Shown one piece after another: positions 18,400 to 27,717 of a stretch of DNA of 64,000 bases. The notes under the pieces were generated by a model, which saw only the letters and a program-made list of their open reading frames with translations, was not told where the DNA came from and ran no database searches. The DNA comes from Acidimicrobiia bacterium (GTDB lineage Bacteria; Actinomycetota; Acidimicrobiia; IMCC26256; JAOSJL01), in the NCBI GenBank assembly GCA_041394025.1, contig JAWKJA010000003.1, positions 79,397-143,396 of the forward strand, given 5' to 3'. Numbering within the stretch: the first letter of the stretch is position 1; every line of letters starts with the position of its first letter. The position numbers and the translations under genes were made by a program.

Positions 18400-18453
18400 T
18401 TGCAACTACATGACGTCATATTTCGCTTGCAACTACGTTGCGTCGTATTTCGA
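18400..18453 (+). promoter_or_regulatory. two tandem 27-bp direct repeats TTGCAACTAC(ATGACGTCA/GTTGCGTCG)TATTTCG (candidate operator pair)
   Basis: r1 is 18400-18426 and contains the palindrome ATGACGTCAT. r2 is 18427-18453 and contains GCAAC-TAC-GTTGC and GTCGTA. They lie about 60-115 nt from both flanking start codons. Confidence 0.4.
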
Positions 18454-18513
18454 TAGAGGTCGACTGTCGATCACCAACACATACAGAGCCTTCCCCGATG
18501 GAGGAGATCACTG

Positions 18514-18993
18514 ATGATGGGATCTAGGACCAGGTCACGCATCGTGGGAATCGTGGCGGTCACCGCGGCGGGTCTCCTCGTCCTTGGGGCGTGCGGGAGC
18601 GGCGACGGCGACTCCGCATCCACGACGACCGCCGGCGAGCACATGGAAGAAGAGGGCGAGGGTCACACGGAGGGGGACGGAGGCCACGCGGAGAACAGCG
18701 CGGTGGCTCCTGGCGCGCGAACCATCGAGGTTTCCGCGACGTCGTTCGAATACGGGACGCCGACGATCGAGGCCACCGTGGGCGAAGACATCGAGATCGT
18801 ACTGACCTCCGATGACGTGGAACACGATTTCATCATCGATGAGTTCGAGGCCCACGTCTCTGCGGAACCCGGCGAGACGGCGTCGGGTGGCTTCACGGCG
18901 TCAGAAGCCGGCGAGTACACCTTCTACTGCAGCGTGCCGGGACACCGCGATGAGGGCATGGAGGGAACCCTCGTCGTCACCGAAGCGTCATGA
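18514..18993 (+). CDS. cupredoxin (plastocyanin/azurin-like) domain lipoprotein
   Basis: GGAGGAG RBS and lipobox LLVLGACGS. EHDFIIDEF...YTFYCSVPGHRDEGMEGTLVV matches a type-1 copper site pattern (H...C..H....M). Confidence 0.8.
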   Translation: MMGSRTRSRIVGIVAVTAAGLLVLGACGSGDGDSASTTTAGEHMEEEGEGHTEGDGGHAENSAVAPGARTIEVSATSFEYGTPTIEATVGEDIEIVLTSDDVEHDFIIDEFEAHVSAEPGETASGGFTASEAGEYTFYCSVPGHRDEGMEGTLVVTEAS

Positions 18994-19005
18994 GGGCCGC
19001 GCCCC

Positions 19006-19024
19006 CGAGAAGCTCAGTTTCTCG
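19006..19024. terminator. short hairpin CGAGAA-N7-TTCTCG between the convergent cupredoxin and csoR genes
   Basis: Read directly. Weak 6-bp stem with no clear T-tract. Confidence 0.25.
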
Positions 19025-19026
19025 AC

Positions 19027-19296
19027 TCATTGGCTGGATGGACGACGCGCGCCGAAGACAGCACCCATGAGCTCGTCGGCGACGTCGTCGATTCGTCCTT
19101 CCGCGTAGGCGTCGGCGACGCAGGTTCTCAGGTGCCCGTCGACAATGGCCTGCGCGGCTCGGTCGAGAGCGGCCTGAACGGCTCCGAGTTGATGCAGCAC
19201 GTCGATGCAGTAGCGGTCATCTTCGAGCATCCGGATCACGCCGTCGAGATGCCCGCGAGCGCTCCGCAGGCGTTGAAGAGATTCGGGGTTGCTCAT
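19027..19296 (-). CDS. csoR: CsoR/RcnR-family metal-sensing repressor, Cu(I)-type ligand set
   Basis: 89 aa: RLRSARGHLDGVIRMLEDDRYCIDVLHQLGAVQAAL...GHLRTCV. This gives the C-H-C fingerprint (C30, H55, C59). Confidence 0.85.
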   Translation of the reverse strand: MSNPESLQRLRSARGHLDGVIRMLEDDRYCIDVLHQLGAVQAALDRAAQAIVDGHLRTCVADAYAEGRIDDVADELMGAVFGARRPSSQ

Positions 19297-19577
19297 CGCA
19301 ACGCCTCCAAGCGTTCGTGGTACTCGTCGGTGGTCAGTTCACCACGTGCGTAGCGCTCGGCGAGGATTTCGCGCGGTCGCTCGCCCCTCTCGCGCGGGCC
19401 TCGGTCCTGCCCTCGCATGACGAGCCAGACCGCGATACCGATGACGGCGACCCAGAAGATCATCATCAGGGATCCCCACAGCCACATCCATCCTCCACCC
19501 CAGCCGTCCATGTGTCCCCACCCGCCGGCGAGCATCTCTGCCAGCCCCAGCGTCGGTTGCAGCGTCGTCAATTGCAT
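19293..19577 (-). CDS. SHOCT-domain membrane protein
   Basis: Internal ATG at 19577 of ORF 19293..19643. Gly/Trp-rich segment, TM helix FWVAVIGIAVWLVM, then ILAERYARGELTTDEYHERLEAL (SHOCT). Confidence 0.65.
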   Translation of the reverse strand: MQLTTLQPTLGLAEMLAGGWGHMDGWGGGWMWLWGSLMMIFWVAVIGIAVWLVMRGQDRGPRERGERPREILAERYARGELTTDEYHERLEALR

Positions 19578-19582
19578 GATCC

Positions 19583-22500
19583 TCAGCTCCCTACGAGGTT
19601 CTCGATGAACTTGTCGGGCTCGGCGACGAATGCGTCGCGACACCCCTCCGAACAGAAGTAGCGGTCGCTACCGTCGTCGTGCGCGTGGATCGCGGTTGTG
19701 GGGTCGACGGTCATCCCGCACACGGGATCGGTGGCCATCGGTGTTGGCTCGTCCTCGTCTTCTGCAGCTGTCTCGACACGGGGCTCCACGGGGGCTGCCT
19801 CGACCTCGGGAAGCGGCGCCGCGTGCCATCGTCGGAGACGGTTGGCGTTCGTCACCACCGACAGGGAACTCGCTGCCATCGCCGCCGCGGCGATGATCGG
19901 GCTCAGGCGGATCCCGAAGAACGGGTACAGCACGCCGGCGGCGATCGGGATCCCGACAGCGTTGTACACGAACGCCAGGAACAGGTTCTGGCGGATGTTG
20001 CGCATCGTGGCCCGGCTGAGCGTGATGGCTGTGACCACGCCCGTGACGGCCCCGGAGATGAGCGTGACATCGGAGGATTCGATCGCGACGTCCGTTCCCG
20101 TGCCGATGGCAAAACCGACGTTGGCCTGCGCGAGTGCGGGAGCGTCGTTGATGCCGTCGCCGACCATGCCGACGACCTTGCCTTCCTCCTGAAGTCGGCT
20201 GACCTCGCGTGCCTTGTGCTCCGGAAGGACCTCGGCCAACACCCGGCCGACGCCTGCCTGACGGGCGATCGCTCCGGCGGTTCGCCGGTTGTCTCCGGTC
20301 ATCATCACGACCTCGACCTCGAGACGCGTGAGCGCCGCGACGGCCGACACCGAGTCGTCCTTGAGCGTGTCGGCCACCGCGATCACTCCCGCCGGTTGAC
20401 CATCGACAGCCGCGAGCATCGGGGTCTTGCCTGCTTCGGAGAGGCGGTCGGCGACCGCTTCCAGGTCGGCCCGCCCGACACCGGCGTCCTCGAGGAGGCG
20501 GTGGCTCCCGACGAGGACCTCGTGGCCGTCCACAGTTGCCCGGATGCCCTTGCCGGTCACGGAGTCGAATCCAACGGGCTCGGCCAATTCCAGCGAGGCG
20601 TTCTGTGCGCCGCGCACGATCGCTTCGCCGAGCGGGTGCTCCGATGCGCGTTCCGCCGAGGCGACCAGGCGGAGCAGATCGTTCGGATCGACGCCGTCGA
20701 CCGTCTCGATGTCGGTGAGCGCGGGCTCGCCTCGTGTGAGAGTGCCGGTCTTGTCGAGCACGACGGTGTCGAGCTCGTGGGCCGTCTCGAGCGCTTCGGC
20801 GGAGCGGATCAGGATGCCGTGCTGGGCGCCCTTGCCCGTGCCGACCATGATCGAAAGGGGCGTCGCGAGACCGAGCGCGCATGGGCAGGCGATGATCAGC
20901 ACCGCGACCGAGCTGACCAGAGCGAAGGTCATCGCAGGCTCTGGCCCAACGACGAACCAGACGGCGAAGGTGCCGAGCGCGATGAACATCACGGCCGGAA
21001 CGAAGTAGCTCGAGATCAGATCGGCAAGACGCTGGATCGGCGCTCTCGACGCCTGCGCCTCCTCGACGAGGCGCACGATCTGGGAAAGCATCGTGTCGGA
21101 CCCGACCTTGGTGGCCCGCATGTGGAAGGCGCCCGTCTGGTTGACGGTCGCCCCGATGACGGTGTCGCCGGCCTCCTTCGTGACCGGAATCGACTCGCCC
21201 GTGACCATCGACTCGTCGAGCGTCGAACGTCCCTGGAGGATCTCCCCGTCGACCGGAATCTTCTCTCCCGGGCGCACGACGACTTCGTCGCCAACGACGA
21301 CGTCCTCGATGGGCACCTCGCGCTCGCCGTCGTCTCGCACCACTCGCGCCGTGCGGGCCTGGAGACCGATGAGCTCGCGGATGGCCTCGCCGGTCCCCGC
21401 CTTGGCCCGCACCTCGAGGAGGCGACCAAGCAGGATCAGCGTGATGATGACCCCGACAGCTTCGTAGTAGACGTCGCGCACCTCCGAGGGCAGAAGGCTC
21501 GGCGCAAGCGTGACGAGCAGGCTGTAGCCGAATGCCGCTGTCGTGCCGACCGTGATGAGCGTGTTCATGTCGGCTGTGCGATGGCGCAGCGTGAGCCAGC
21601 CGATGTGATGGATGGGCCAACCTGCATAGAACATCACCGGGGCGATGAGCGCGAGCTGGAACCAGTGGTTCAGCAGCAGCGACGGCACCCAGGTGACGTC
21701 GAAGAGCTCGTGGGCCATCACCCCGACCGCCACCGGAGCACTCAGAACCGCACCAACGATCACCCGGCGGCTCAGGTCGGCGATCTCCGCCTGACGGGCG
21801 GCGGCCTCGGCATCCTCCTCTTCGCCTTCGCGCCCCGCACTGTCGTGCGTCGCGCCTCGCCCGCCTCCGTCCACCGTGCGCACCCGATAGCCGATCTCGG
21901 CGACGGCATCAGTGATCTCGTCAACGGTGAGTCGTTCCGAGTCGTAGACGACCGCGAGTCGCTCCTGGCCGACACTCGCCTCCACCCGATCGACACCGGC
22001 CACGTCCTCGAGCCAAGCTTCGATGTTCGTCACACAGGTCGGGCATCCGGTGCCTACGGACTCGAGTGCCAGCTCCACCCGGGCCTCACCATCCAGGTCG
22101 ACGCCAGGGCCGACTTCGATCGTGCGTGCCTCCTCGTGCTCATGAACGTGCGCCTCGGCGTCGCGGGGCTCGACGCCCGCTTCGGCGGAGGAGGCGGTTT
22201 CAGTAGTCCCGGAGCCGTTGCCCGCCTCGACGACGAGCGTGCCGTGGACCATGTTCATTCCGCAGGCGAAGCCGAACTCTCCTTCCTTCTCCGGAGTGAA
22301 CTCGACGGTGGCGGTCCCAAACGCGGGGAGTGCCTTGCTCACGCCGAAATCCGGGAACAGGACCCGCGACGTGCAGTCACCGGACTCCTGTCGATCGAAA
22401 ATGAGCCGCAGCGGCACCCCCTCCCGCACGATGACCCGATCCGGCGAGTACCCGCCCTTCACCGTTACGACGACTTCTTGGGCGCCGCCCTGCAAGGTCG

Positions 22501-22594
22501 CCTTACCGGCTCGCTTGGAGCCGAAGAAGAACCAGGCCAGGAACAGGATCGCAGCAACCGACCCGGCGATCACGCCCGCATCGACGACATCCAT
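19583..22594 (-). CDS. copA: copper-translocating P1B-type ATPase with N-terminal cupredoxin-like domain, HMA domain and C-terminal TRASH/YHS domain
   Basis: 1003 aa with CPC ([12 protein letters not shown]), [17 protein letters not shown], an HMA domain (GCPTC), an N-terminal [38 protein letters not shown], and a C-terminal [10 protein letters not shown]....[11 protein letters not shown]. Confidence 0.9.
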   Translation of the reverse strand: MDVVDAGVIAGSVAAILFLAWFFFGSKRAGKATLQGGAQEVVVTVKGGYSPDRVIVREGVPLRLIFDRQESGDCTSRVLFPDFGVSKALPAFGTATVEFTPEKEGEFGFACGMNMVHGTLVVEAGNGSGTTETASSAEAGVEPRDAEAHVHEHEEARTIEVGPGVDLDGEARVELALESVGTGCPTCVTNIEAWLEDVAGVDRVEASVGQERLAVVYDSERLTVDEITDAVAEIGYRVRTVDGGGRGATHDSAGREGEEEDAEAAARQAEIADLSRRVIVGAVLSAPVAVGVMAHELFDVTWVPSLLLNHWFQLALIAPVMFYAGWPIHHIGWLTLRHRTADMNTLITVGTTAAFGYSLLVTLAPSLLPSEVRDVYYEAVGVIITLILLGRLLEVRAKAGTGEAIRELIGLQARTARVVRDDGEREVPIEDVVVGDEVVVRPGEKIPVDGEILQGRSTLDESMVTGESIPVTKEAGDTVIGATVNQTGAFHMRATKVGSDTMLSQIVRLVEEAQASRAPIQRLADLISSYFVPAVMFIALGTFAVWFVVGPEPAMTFALVSSVAVLIIACPCALGLATPLSIMVGTGKGAQHGILIRSAEALETAHELDTVVLDKTGTLTRGEPALTDIETVDGVDPNDLLRLVASAERASEHPLGEAIVRGAQNASLELAEPVGFDSVTGKGIRATVDGHEVLVGSHRLLEDAGVGRADLEAVADRLSEAGKTPMLAAVDGQPAGVIAVADTLKDDSVSAVAALTRLEVEVVMMTGDNRRTAGAIARQAGVGRVLAEVLPEHKAREVSRLQEEGKVVGMVGDGINDAPALAQANVGFAIGTGTDVAIESSDVTLISGAVTGVVTAITLSRATMRNIRQNLFLAFVYNAVGIPIAAGVLYPFFGIRLSPIIAAAAMAASSLSVVTNANRLRRWHAAPLPEVEAAPVEPRVETAAEDEDEPTPMATDPVCGMTVDPTTAIHAHDDGSDRYFCSEGCRDAFVAEPDKFIENLVGS

Positions 22595-22637
22595 GACCGT
22601 GCTCCCCTCGATCTGTGTCTCGAACGACCTCCTGAGG

Positions 22638-22663
22638 ATACACCCCGGGGGAGGGGGTGTCTA
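22638..22663. promoter_or_regulatory. candidate CsoR operator 1 (ATACACCCC-GGGGGA-GGGGGTGTCTA) upstream of copA
   Basis: GC-rich inverted repeat ACACCCC/GGGGTGT, 44-69 nt upstream of the copA start. Same style as known CsoR boxes (C-tract, spacer, G-tract, A/T flanks). Confidence 0.45.
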
Positions 22664-22673
22664 GCGCTCATCG

Positions 22674-22697
22674 ATGTCGCTATTCAGCCTGCGACAT
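22674..22697. promoter_or_regulatory. inverted repeat ATGTCGC-N10-GCGACAT in the copA/ABC divergent region
   Basis: Read directly. Function unknown. Confidence 0.2.
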
Positions 22698-22733
22698 AAG
22701 GGCAATATCCCGCATTACGATTTCGCCCGGTTG

Positions 22734-22758
22734 ACACCCCCCCTGGGAGGGGTGGTAT
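22734..22758. promoter_or_regulatory. candidate CsoR operator 2 (ACACCCCCCCTGGGAGGGGTGGTAT) between TTGACA and TATGCT promoter-like hexamers
   Basis: TTGACA at 22731-22736 and TATGCT at 22756-22761 (19-nt spacer). The box fills the spacer and lies 24-48 nt upstream of the ABC ATPase ATG at 22782. Confidence 0.45.
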
Positions 22759-22781
22759 GCTCCGCCCCGACGAAGGGTGGG

Positions 22782-23492
22782 ATGATGACGGCGACAACCG
22801 ACCGGCACCAGATTCCCGACCCCGGAAGTGCACGAGACGGCACGGGAGGCGACGACCTCGTGGCCGTCCTCGAGGCCCGGGGGATCGTGAAGTCGTATCG
22901 GACCGGCTGGTGGCCCCGGCGCCGGTCGCTACGCGTGCTGCGCGGCGCCGACGTGACGCTCCGGCCGGGAGAGATCGTCGGCCTCGTGGGGGAAAACGGC
23001 TCGGGCAAGAGCACGCTCATGAGCATCCTCGTGGGAGCCCTCGCTCGCGATGGGGGGACAGTTCGCATGCGCGGCACCATGGGCTACTGCCCGCAGACAC
23101 CTGTCCTCTACGAACGGCTGACCTGCGATGAACACTTCGAGTTGTTCGGCCGCGCCTACGGACTCGATCGAAGCCAGGCCACGGAGGCCCGCGACCCCAT
23201 CTACGACGCACTCGGGTTCGGCAATTGGTCCGAGACCCGCGTCGAGGAGCTGTCCGGAGGGACGCGCGCCAAGCTCAACCTCGGGCTCGCGTTGCTCCCC
23301 GACCCCGAGCTGCTCCTCCTCGACGAGCCGTATGCCGGCTTCGATTGGGACACCTACCTGCGCTTCTGGGAGCTGACTCGAACACGACGTGAGGCAGGAC
23401 GGAGCGTGCTCATCATCAGCCACTTCGTGACCGATGAAGAGCGCTTCGACCGCATCGTGCACCTCCGCGACGGTCGGACGGCCGAGCAGTGA
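22782..23492 (+). CDS. ABC transporter ATP-binding protein (ABC-2/DrrA-like)
   Basis: Internal ATG 22782 of ORF 22674..23492, chosen because the promoter-like box lies upstream of it. Motifs GENGSGKST, LSGGTRAKLNL, LLLLDEPYAGFD. Confidence 0.8.
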   Translation: MMTATTDRHQIPDPGSARDGTGGDDLVAVLEARGIVKSYRTGWWPRRRSLRVLRGADVTLRPGEIVGLVGENGSGKSTLMSILVGALARDGGTVRMRGTMGYCPQTPVLYERLTCDEHFELFGRAYGLDRSQATEARDPIYDALGFGNWSETRVEELSGGTRAKLNLGLALLPDPELLLLDEPYAGFDWDTYLRFWELTRTRREAGRSVLIISHFVTDEERFDRIVHLRDGRTAEQ

Positions 23493-24979
23493 CCGCGCTG
23501 CTCACCCATCGCTACCTCGTCGAGTACGGCCGACGCCCGATCAATGTCGTGCTGCTCGCGGTCGTGCCTTTCGTATTCGTCACACTCTCGGCCGGCGCGA
23601 TCGTCGATTTCGCCGAGGTCTTCGGGGGGCTGGGTGATCGCGGCTCGCTCGAGGCGGCCACAGCCGGATGGGCGGCCGCCTTCATCGCGGGTGTCGCCGG
23701 CTTCTTTCATGTCACCGGGTCGCGCGCTGCAGACCGACGTGTCGCCGCGGCGGGCGCAGGGACCGGCCCGGTGGTCACCTCCCGGATGCTCTCCGCCGTC
23801 GCGATCGCCGGGGTCGCCGTGGTCGGGTCGCTGCTGGCGCTCGCCCTCCGAGCGGGTATCTCGGACGTGCCGCTCGCGGTGGTAGCCACGGCGATGTTCG
23901 CCCTGATCTACCTGTCGATCGGCGTCGCTGTCGGCGCGGTGGTGCGCTCCGAGGTCAACGGCTCGCTCGTCATCATCTTCGTGTGGATGTTCGATGTCTT
24001 CCTCGGTCCGACCATGGGCGGCTCCGACGTCGCGGTGCTGCGTCTGCTCCCGACGCACTTCCCCACACTCGTGATGATCAACGCACACACAGGGCATGCC
24101 GGCCCAATCGGCGACCTCGGCGCGTCGCTGCTCTGGACGGTCGGAGCACTGACCCTGGCGTGGTTGATCCTCTCGGCGACCACACGTCCGGCACGGGCGC
24201 GTATCCGCACGACGTCCGGGTCCTGGGCCCGGCTCGTCGCTGGACTGCGGTACGGATTCCGCGAGTACCGACGCAACGTCGCCCTCTGGATCCTCCTCAT
24301 CGGCCTCCCCATCTTCTTCATCACCGCCGCAATCGCCGTGACCCCAGCCGATCCGACACCGGTGAGTCTCACCGAAGGCGGAATCAGCGCGATCGAGATC
24401 ATCTCGATGACGAGAGTCCACGGGGCGATCATGGTTCCGATCACGGTCGCGTTCCTCGCCGGCCTTGCGGGCATGTTCGTTGTACTCGACTCGGCCGAGG
24501 GTGATCGCCGCCTCGTCCTCGCCGGGTTTCGGACCCGCGAAGCACTCGCAGCGCGACTCGGCATCATCGCCTTCGCATCGCTCCTCGCGACGGTCGTGTC
24601 CTTGCTGATCACCGCCCGCGACTTCACTCCCGACGTGTGGCTCACATTCGCCGCGGCCACCGTGCTCGTTGCTCTCACCTACGGCATGATCGGCGTCATC
24701 GTCGGAATTCTCTTCGGACGCGTCGGTGGCCTCTATGTCATCTTCCTGCTCCCTTTCATCGACGTCGGACTTGCTCAGAACACGATGTTCAGCGCCGCGC
24801 CGCCCGACTGGGCCCGGTTCATGCCCGGGTACGGCGCAGTGCAGGTGCTCATGGACGGAGCGTTCACACCGGGGTTCGATACAGAGTTCGCGCTCGGACT
24901 TGCTGTCGCCTGGCTGGCGGGGATCACGGCAGTCGCCGTCGCTGTGTTCCATCGTGTCGCTGCCGCTCGAAGAACATGA
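23489..24979 (+). CDS. ABC-2-type transporter permease (polytopic)
   Basis: 496 aa, hydrophobic throughout. ATGA-type overlaps with both neighbours. Confidence 0.7.
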   Translation: MTALLTHRYLVEYGRRPINVVLLAVVPFVFVTLSAGAIVDFAEVFGGLGDRGSLEAATAGWAAAFIAGVAGFFHVTGSRAADRRVAAAGAGTGPVVTSRMLSAVAIAGVAVVGSLLALALRAGISDVPLAVVATAMFALIYLSIGVAVGAVVRSEVNGSLVIIFVWMFDVFLGPTMGGSDVAVLRLLPTHFPTLVMINAHTGHAGPIGDLGASLLWTVGALTLAWLILSATTRPARARIRTTSGSWARLVAGLRYGFREYRRNVALWILLIGLPIFFITAAIAVTPADPTPVSLTEGGISAIEIISMTRVHGAIMVPITVAFLAGLAGMFVVLDSAEGDRRLVLAGFRTREALAARLGIIAFASLLATVVSLLITARDFTPDVWLTFAAATVLVALTYGMIGVIVGILFGRVGGLYVIFLLPFIDVGLAQNTMFSAAPPDWARFMPGYGAVQVLMDGAFTPGFDTEFALGLAVAWLAGITAVAVAVFHRVAAARRT

Positions 24980-25659
24980 CGCTCCCTCCTGCGAAGCCCG
25001 AAGCCGCCGAGACGAAGCAGGAGCGGACGTTCGCCTTCGTGGACCTCGCCGGCTTCACCGCGCTCACCGAGATCCACGGCGACGTCGAGGCTGCCGACCT
25101 CGCGGAGCGTTTCACGACGCTGAGCAGATCAGTGCTCCAGCCCGACGATCAGCTCGTGAAGTCGATGGGCGACGCGGTCATGCTCGCGTTCCCCGGGCCG
25201 GACTCAGCTCTCGGAGCGCTCGCGCGCCTGATCGACGCGTGTAACCAGGAGCCTGGCTTCCCGTCGCCGCGCGCGGGGCTGCACCACGGCAGCGCGGTCG
25301 AACGCGGTGGTGACTGGTTCGGCCGTAGTGTCAACCTCACGGCACGCGTCACCGACCAGGCGCGAGGAGGACAGTCGTTGGCGACCTCCGACGTCGCCGA
25401 TGCTGCACGAGCGCTGGAGCTACCCACCGTGGCACTCGGTTGCTTCGAGTTCCACAACCTCGCCGACGCGGTGGAGCTCTGGGACATTGCTGTCGCGGAA
25501 TCGCCGTGTTGCTGGTTCGTCGACCCCGTGTGTCGCATGCGGATTGAGCGGAACGAGGCGGCGGGTCGACTCAGGTACGCGGAAAAGGACTGGTGGTTCT
25601 GCTCGCTTGAATGCGCGAGCGCGTTCGCTCAGTATCCCAAACGCTACGCGGCTAAATGA
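24976..25659 (+). CDS. class III adenylate/guanylate cyclase catalytic domain fused to a C-terminal TRASH/YHS metal-binding domain
   Basis: Internal ATG 24976 of ORF 24637..25659 (ATGA overlap). Cyclase motifs FAFVDLAGFTALTE, VKSMGDAVMLAF, GLHHGSAVERGGDWFGRSVNLTARV. Then DPVCRMRIERNEAAGRLRYAEKDWWFCSLECASAF. Confidence 0.75.
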   Translation: MTLPPAKPEAAETKQERTFAFVDLAGFTALTEIHGDVEAADLAERFTTLSRSVLQPDDQLVKSMGDAVMLAFPGPDSALGALARLIDACNQEPGFPSPRAGLHHGSAVERGGDWFGRSVNLTARVTDQARGGQSLATSDVADAARALELPTVALGCFEFHNLADAVELWDIAVAESPCCWFVDPVCRMRIERNEAAGRLRYAEKDWWFCSLECASAFAQYPKRYAAK

Positions 25660-25711
25660 TGAGTCGCGCGTGCGCCCGTCTCGATCACCCTCGGCGCTGA
25701 GGAGCTGACTG

Positions 25712-26302
25712 ATGCCGGCGATGTCACAGATCGAGCGGACCTTCTGTCGAAGCGCACCGTGGCGTGCATTCACCCGAGGCATGATCTTGCCGTGGGTACT
25801 AGGAGCTGAGCCTCTTGTTGGCGACGTCTTGGAGATCGGATCCGGCAGCGGTGCAATGGCGGCAGCCGCGGTCGAGCGCTTCCCCGACGTGAGGTTCACC
25901 GCGACCGACGCGGACCCAGCCATGGTCGACGCAGCAACGACGCGCCTCGCTCCACTTGGTGATCGGGCCGACGTACGTCTGGCCGATTCCACGGCGCTCG
26001 ACTTCGCGGACGACCGTTTCGACGCCGTGCTCTCCTTCCTCATGCTCCACCACGTACTCGAATGGGAACAGGCCTTGGCAGAGGTCGTTCGGGTTGTCCG
26101 GCCAGGTGGATACTTCATCGGCTACGACTTACTCGACACTCCGCCGGCGCGGCTCATCCACAGGCTCGACGGTTCCGCTCACCACTTGTTCCCGCTCTCC
26201 GCGCTGCGCGCTGCCGTGGCCGGCCTTCCCGTCGAGACGCTCGAGGTCGCCGCTGGGCTCGGAGGGCTCGTCGCCCGGTTCCGGCTTCGCACGGACGGGT
26301 GA
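25712..26302 (+). CDS. class I SAM-dependent methyltransferase
   Basis: Motif I VLEIGSGSGAMA, then FDAVLSFLMLHHV and VVRPGGYFIGYD. Confidence 0.75.
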   Translation: MPAMSQIERTFCRSAPWRAFTRGMILPWVLGAEPLVGDVLEIGSGSGAMAAAAVERFPDVRFTATDADPAMVDAATTRLAPLGDRADVRLADSTALDFADDRFDAVLSFLMLHHVLEWEQALAEVVRVVRPGGYFIGYDLLDTPPARLIHRLDGSAHHLFPLSALRAAVAGLPVETLEVAAGLGGLVARFRLRTDG

Positions 26303-26312
26303 CGCCCGTCGG

Positions 26313-26849
26313 TCAGCTCACCTCACGCATGGTGTTCTCAGCGCTGCCCCACGCGAGGATCACGCCGACGATCAGGAAGACGTCGGCGAGGTTGAAGGTC
26401 GGTCCTGACGACCATGTGATCCAGTCCACCACCGCGGCATCGGGGAAGCCTCCTCGCTGGACGAGTCGGTCGACGAGATTTCCCAGCGCTCCCCCGATCG
26501 CGAGGCCCAGCCCGACTGCACGCGCGGGAGTCGCTGTCGGAAACGCGCGGACCGACACGATCAGGAGCACGGCCGTTGCAGCGAAGACGACCCAGAGCGG
26601 GGCGGGGATTCCCATCAGGATTCCACGATTCGCCACGAGCCGCAACGAGATCGGCCCCGGAAGGTCAACCGGCCCGTGTGCCAGCCAGCCGACGGCAATC
26701 GCCTTGCTGATCTGGTCCACCACCAGTGCCGCGATCGCGACCCCTATCGCTGTCGTTGCCGACACAACTGGTCGGCGAGCCGTCACGAAGGACGGCTGGG
26801 CCTCTGTTTCCGTGGCGCTCTGTTCCGCGATCTCGGAGTCGTCCCGCAT
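26313..26849 (-). CDS. lspA: lipoprotein signal peptidase II (island-borne copy)
   Basis: VDQISK..LVANRGILMG..GGALGNLVDRL..AAVVDWI..FNLADVFLIVGV. Start set at ATG 26849; the ORF track start is 26888. Confidence 0.8.
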   Translation of the reverse strand: MRDDSEIAEQSATETEAQPSFVTARRPVVSATTAIGVAIAALVVDQISKAIAVGWLAHGPVDLPGPISLRLVANRGILMGIPAPLWVVFAATAVLLIVSVRAFPTATPARAVGLGLAIGGALGNLVDRLVQRGGFPDAAVVDWITWSSGPTFNLADVFLIVGVILAWGSAENTMREVS

Positions 26850-26860
26850 GCTCGCGGATG

Positions 26861-26877
26861 CTACGACATCATGTCGG
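26861..26877. promoter_or_regulatory. palindrome CTACGACAT-C-ATGTCGGTG in the lspA/ccdA divergent region (TACGAC/GTCG-type candidate BlaI-family operator)
   Basis: CGACAT-C-ATGTCG is a perfect 6+6 inverted repeat, 12-28 nt upstream of the proposed lspA start. Confidence 0.35.
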
Positions 26878-26988
26878 TGGTTACACACCGCCTCGGTACT
26901 GGTCTCGGTGTTACTCCCGCCGAGTTGCCCGAGGTGACGAGCGCCGGTGGGAAGTGGGCTTCTTTGAACTACTACGGTTTGTCGTTGT

Positions 26989-27717
26989 ATGGAGTTGGTG
27001 GCGCTCCCGCTGATCGCAGTCGTTGCCGGAGTCGTGTCGTTCAGCTCTCCGTGTGCACTGCCTCTGGTCCCTAGCTACCTGTCGTACGTTTCGGCCCTTC
27101 CTGTCTCTGACTTGGATCGCGCCGAAGCGAGGTCGATCACGCTGCGTGCTGCGCTCCTGTTCGTCCTCGGTTTCACCCTGGTCTTCACGCTGCTCGGCGT
27201 CTCGGTCGGGATTCTCGGATCGGCGCTCAACCGGAACATGCCGCTCATTCTCAAGATCTCGGGATTCGTGATCATCGTCATGGGCCTCGGGATGCTCGGG
27301 ATCGTTCGGCTGCCGATGCTCACACGGGAGCGACGTCTCGACCTCGCTCGGGTTCCGACCGGCCCGAAGGGCGCGGTTCCGCTCGGAATGGCGTTTGCAT
27401 TCGGTTGGACTCCGTGTATCGGTCCCGTCCTGGCCACGATCCTCGCGACCGCGTCCGCCACTCAGACTGCGGCGTGGGGCGGTCTGCTCCTGGCCCTGTT
27501 CTCGATCGGCCTCGGCCTTCCGTTCATCCTGCTCGCGCTCGGCTACGACCGTGCCCGAGGATCGCTGGGATGGCTTCGACGGCACGGCCAGGCGATCGAG
27601 CGCATCGGTGGTGCGATGCTCGTTGTCATCGGAGTCCTGTTCGTCACCGACGTGTGGAGCTCCTTCTTCCTGCCGTTGCAGCGCGAGTTCGCGAGGCTCG
27701 GATGGCCTCCGATCTGA
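26989..27717 (+). CDS. ccdA: cytochrome c biogenesis thiol-disulfide transporter CcdA/DsbD-family
   Basis: VVSFSSPCALPLVPSYLSYV and FAFGWTPCIGPVLATIL, the two conserved Cys motifs in a 6-TM protein. Confidence 0.85.
   Translation: MELVALPLIAVVAGVVSFSSPCALPLVPSYLSYVSALPVSDLDRAEARSITLRAALLFVLGFTLVFTLLGVSVGILGSALNRNMPLILKISGFVIIVMGLGMLGIVRLPMLTRERRLDLARVPTGPKGAVPLGMAFAFGWTPCIGPVLATILATASATQTAAWGGLLLALFSIGLGLPFILLALGYDRARGSLGWLRRHGQAIERIGGAMLVVIGVLFVTDVWSSFFLPLQREFARLGWPPI

Noticed and set aside
18400-18453. Possible CRISPR array or minisatellite.
   Set aside because: Only two adjacent 27-bp units, no spacers and no cas genes. It is better explained as a duplicated operator.
19668-22699. Very long ORFs overlapping copA: 19668..21620 (minus strand, other frame, 650 aa) and 19679..22699 (plus strand, 1006 aa).
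   Set aside because: Their Arg/Pro/Gly/Asp-rich composition is typical of off-frame reading in high-GC DNA, with no motifs. The copA frame carries every P-type ATPase signature.
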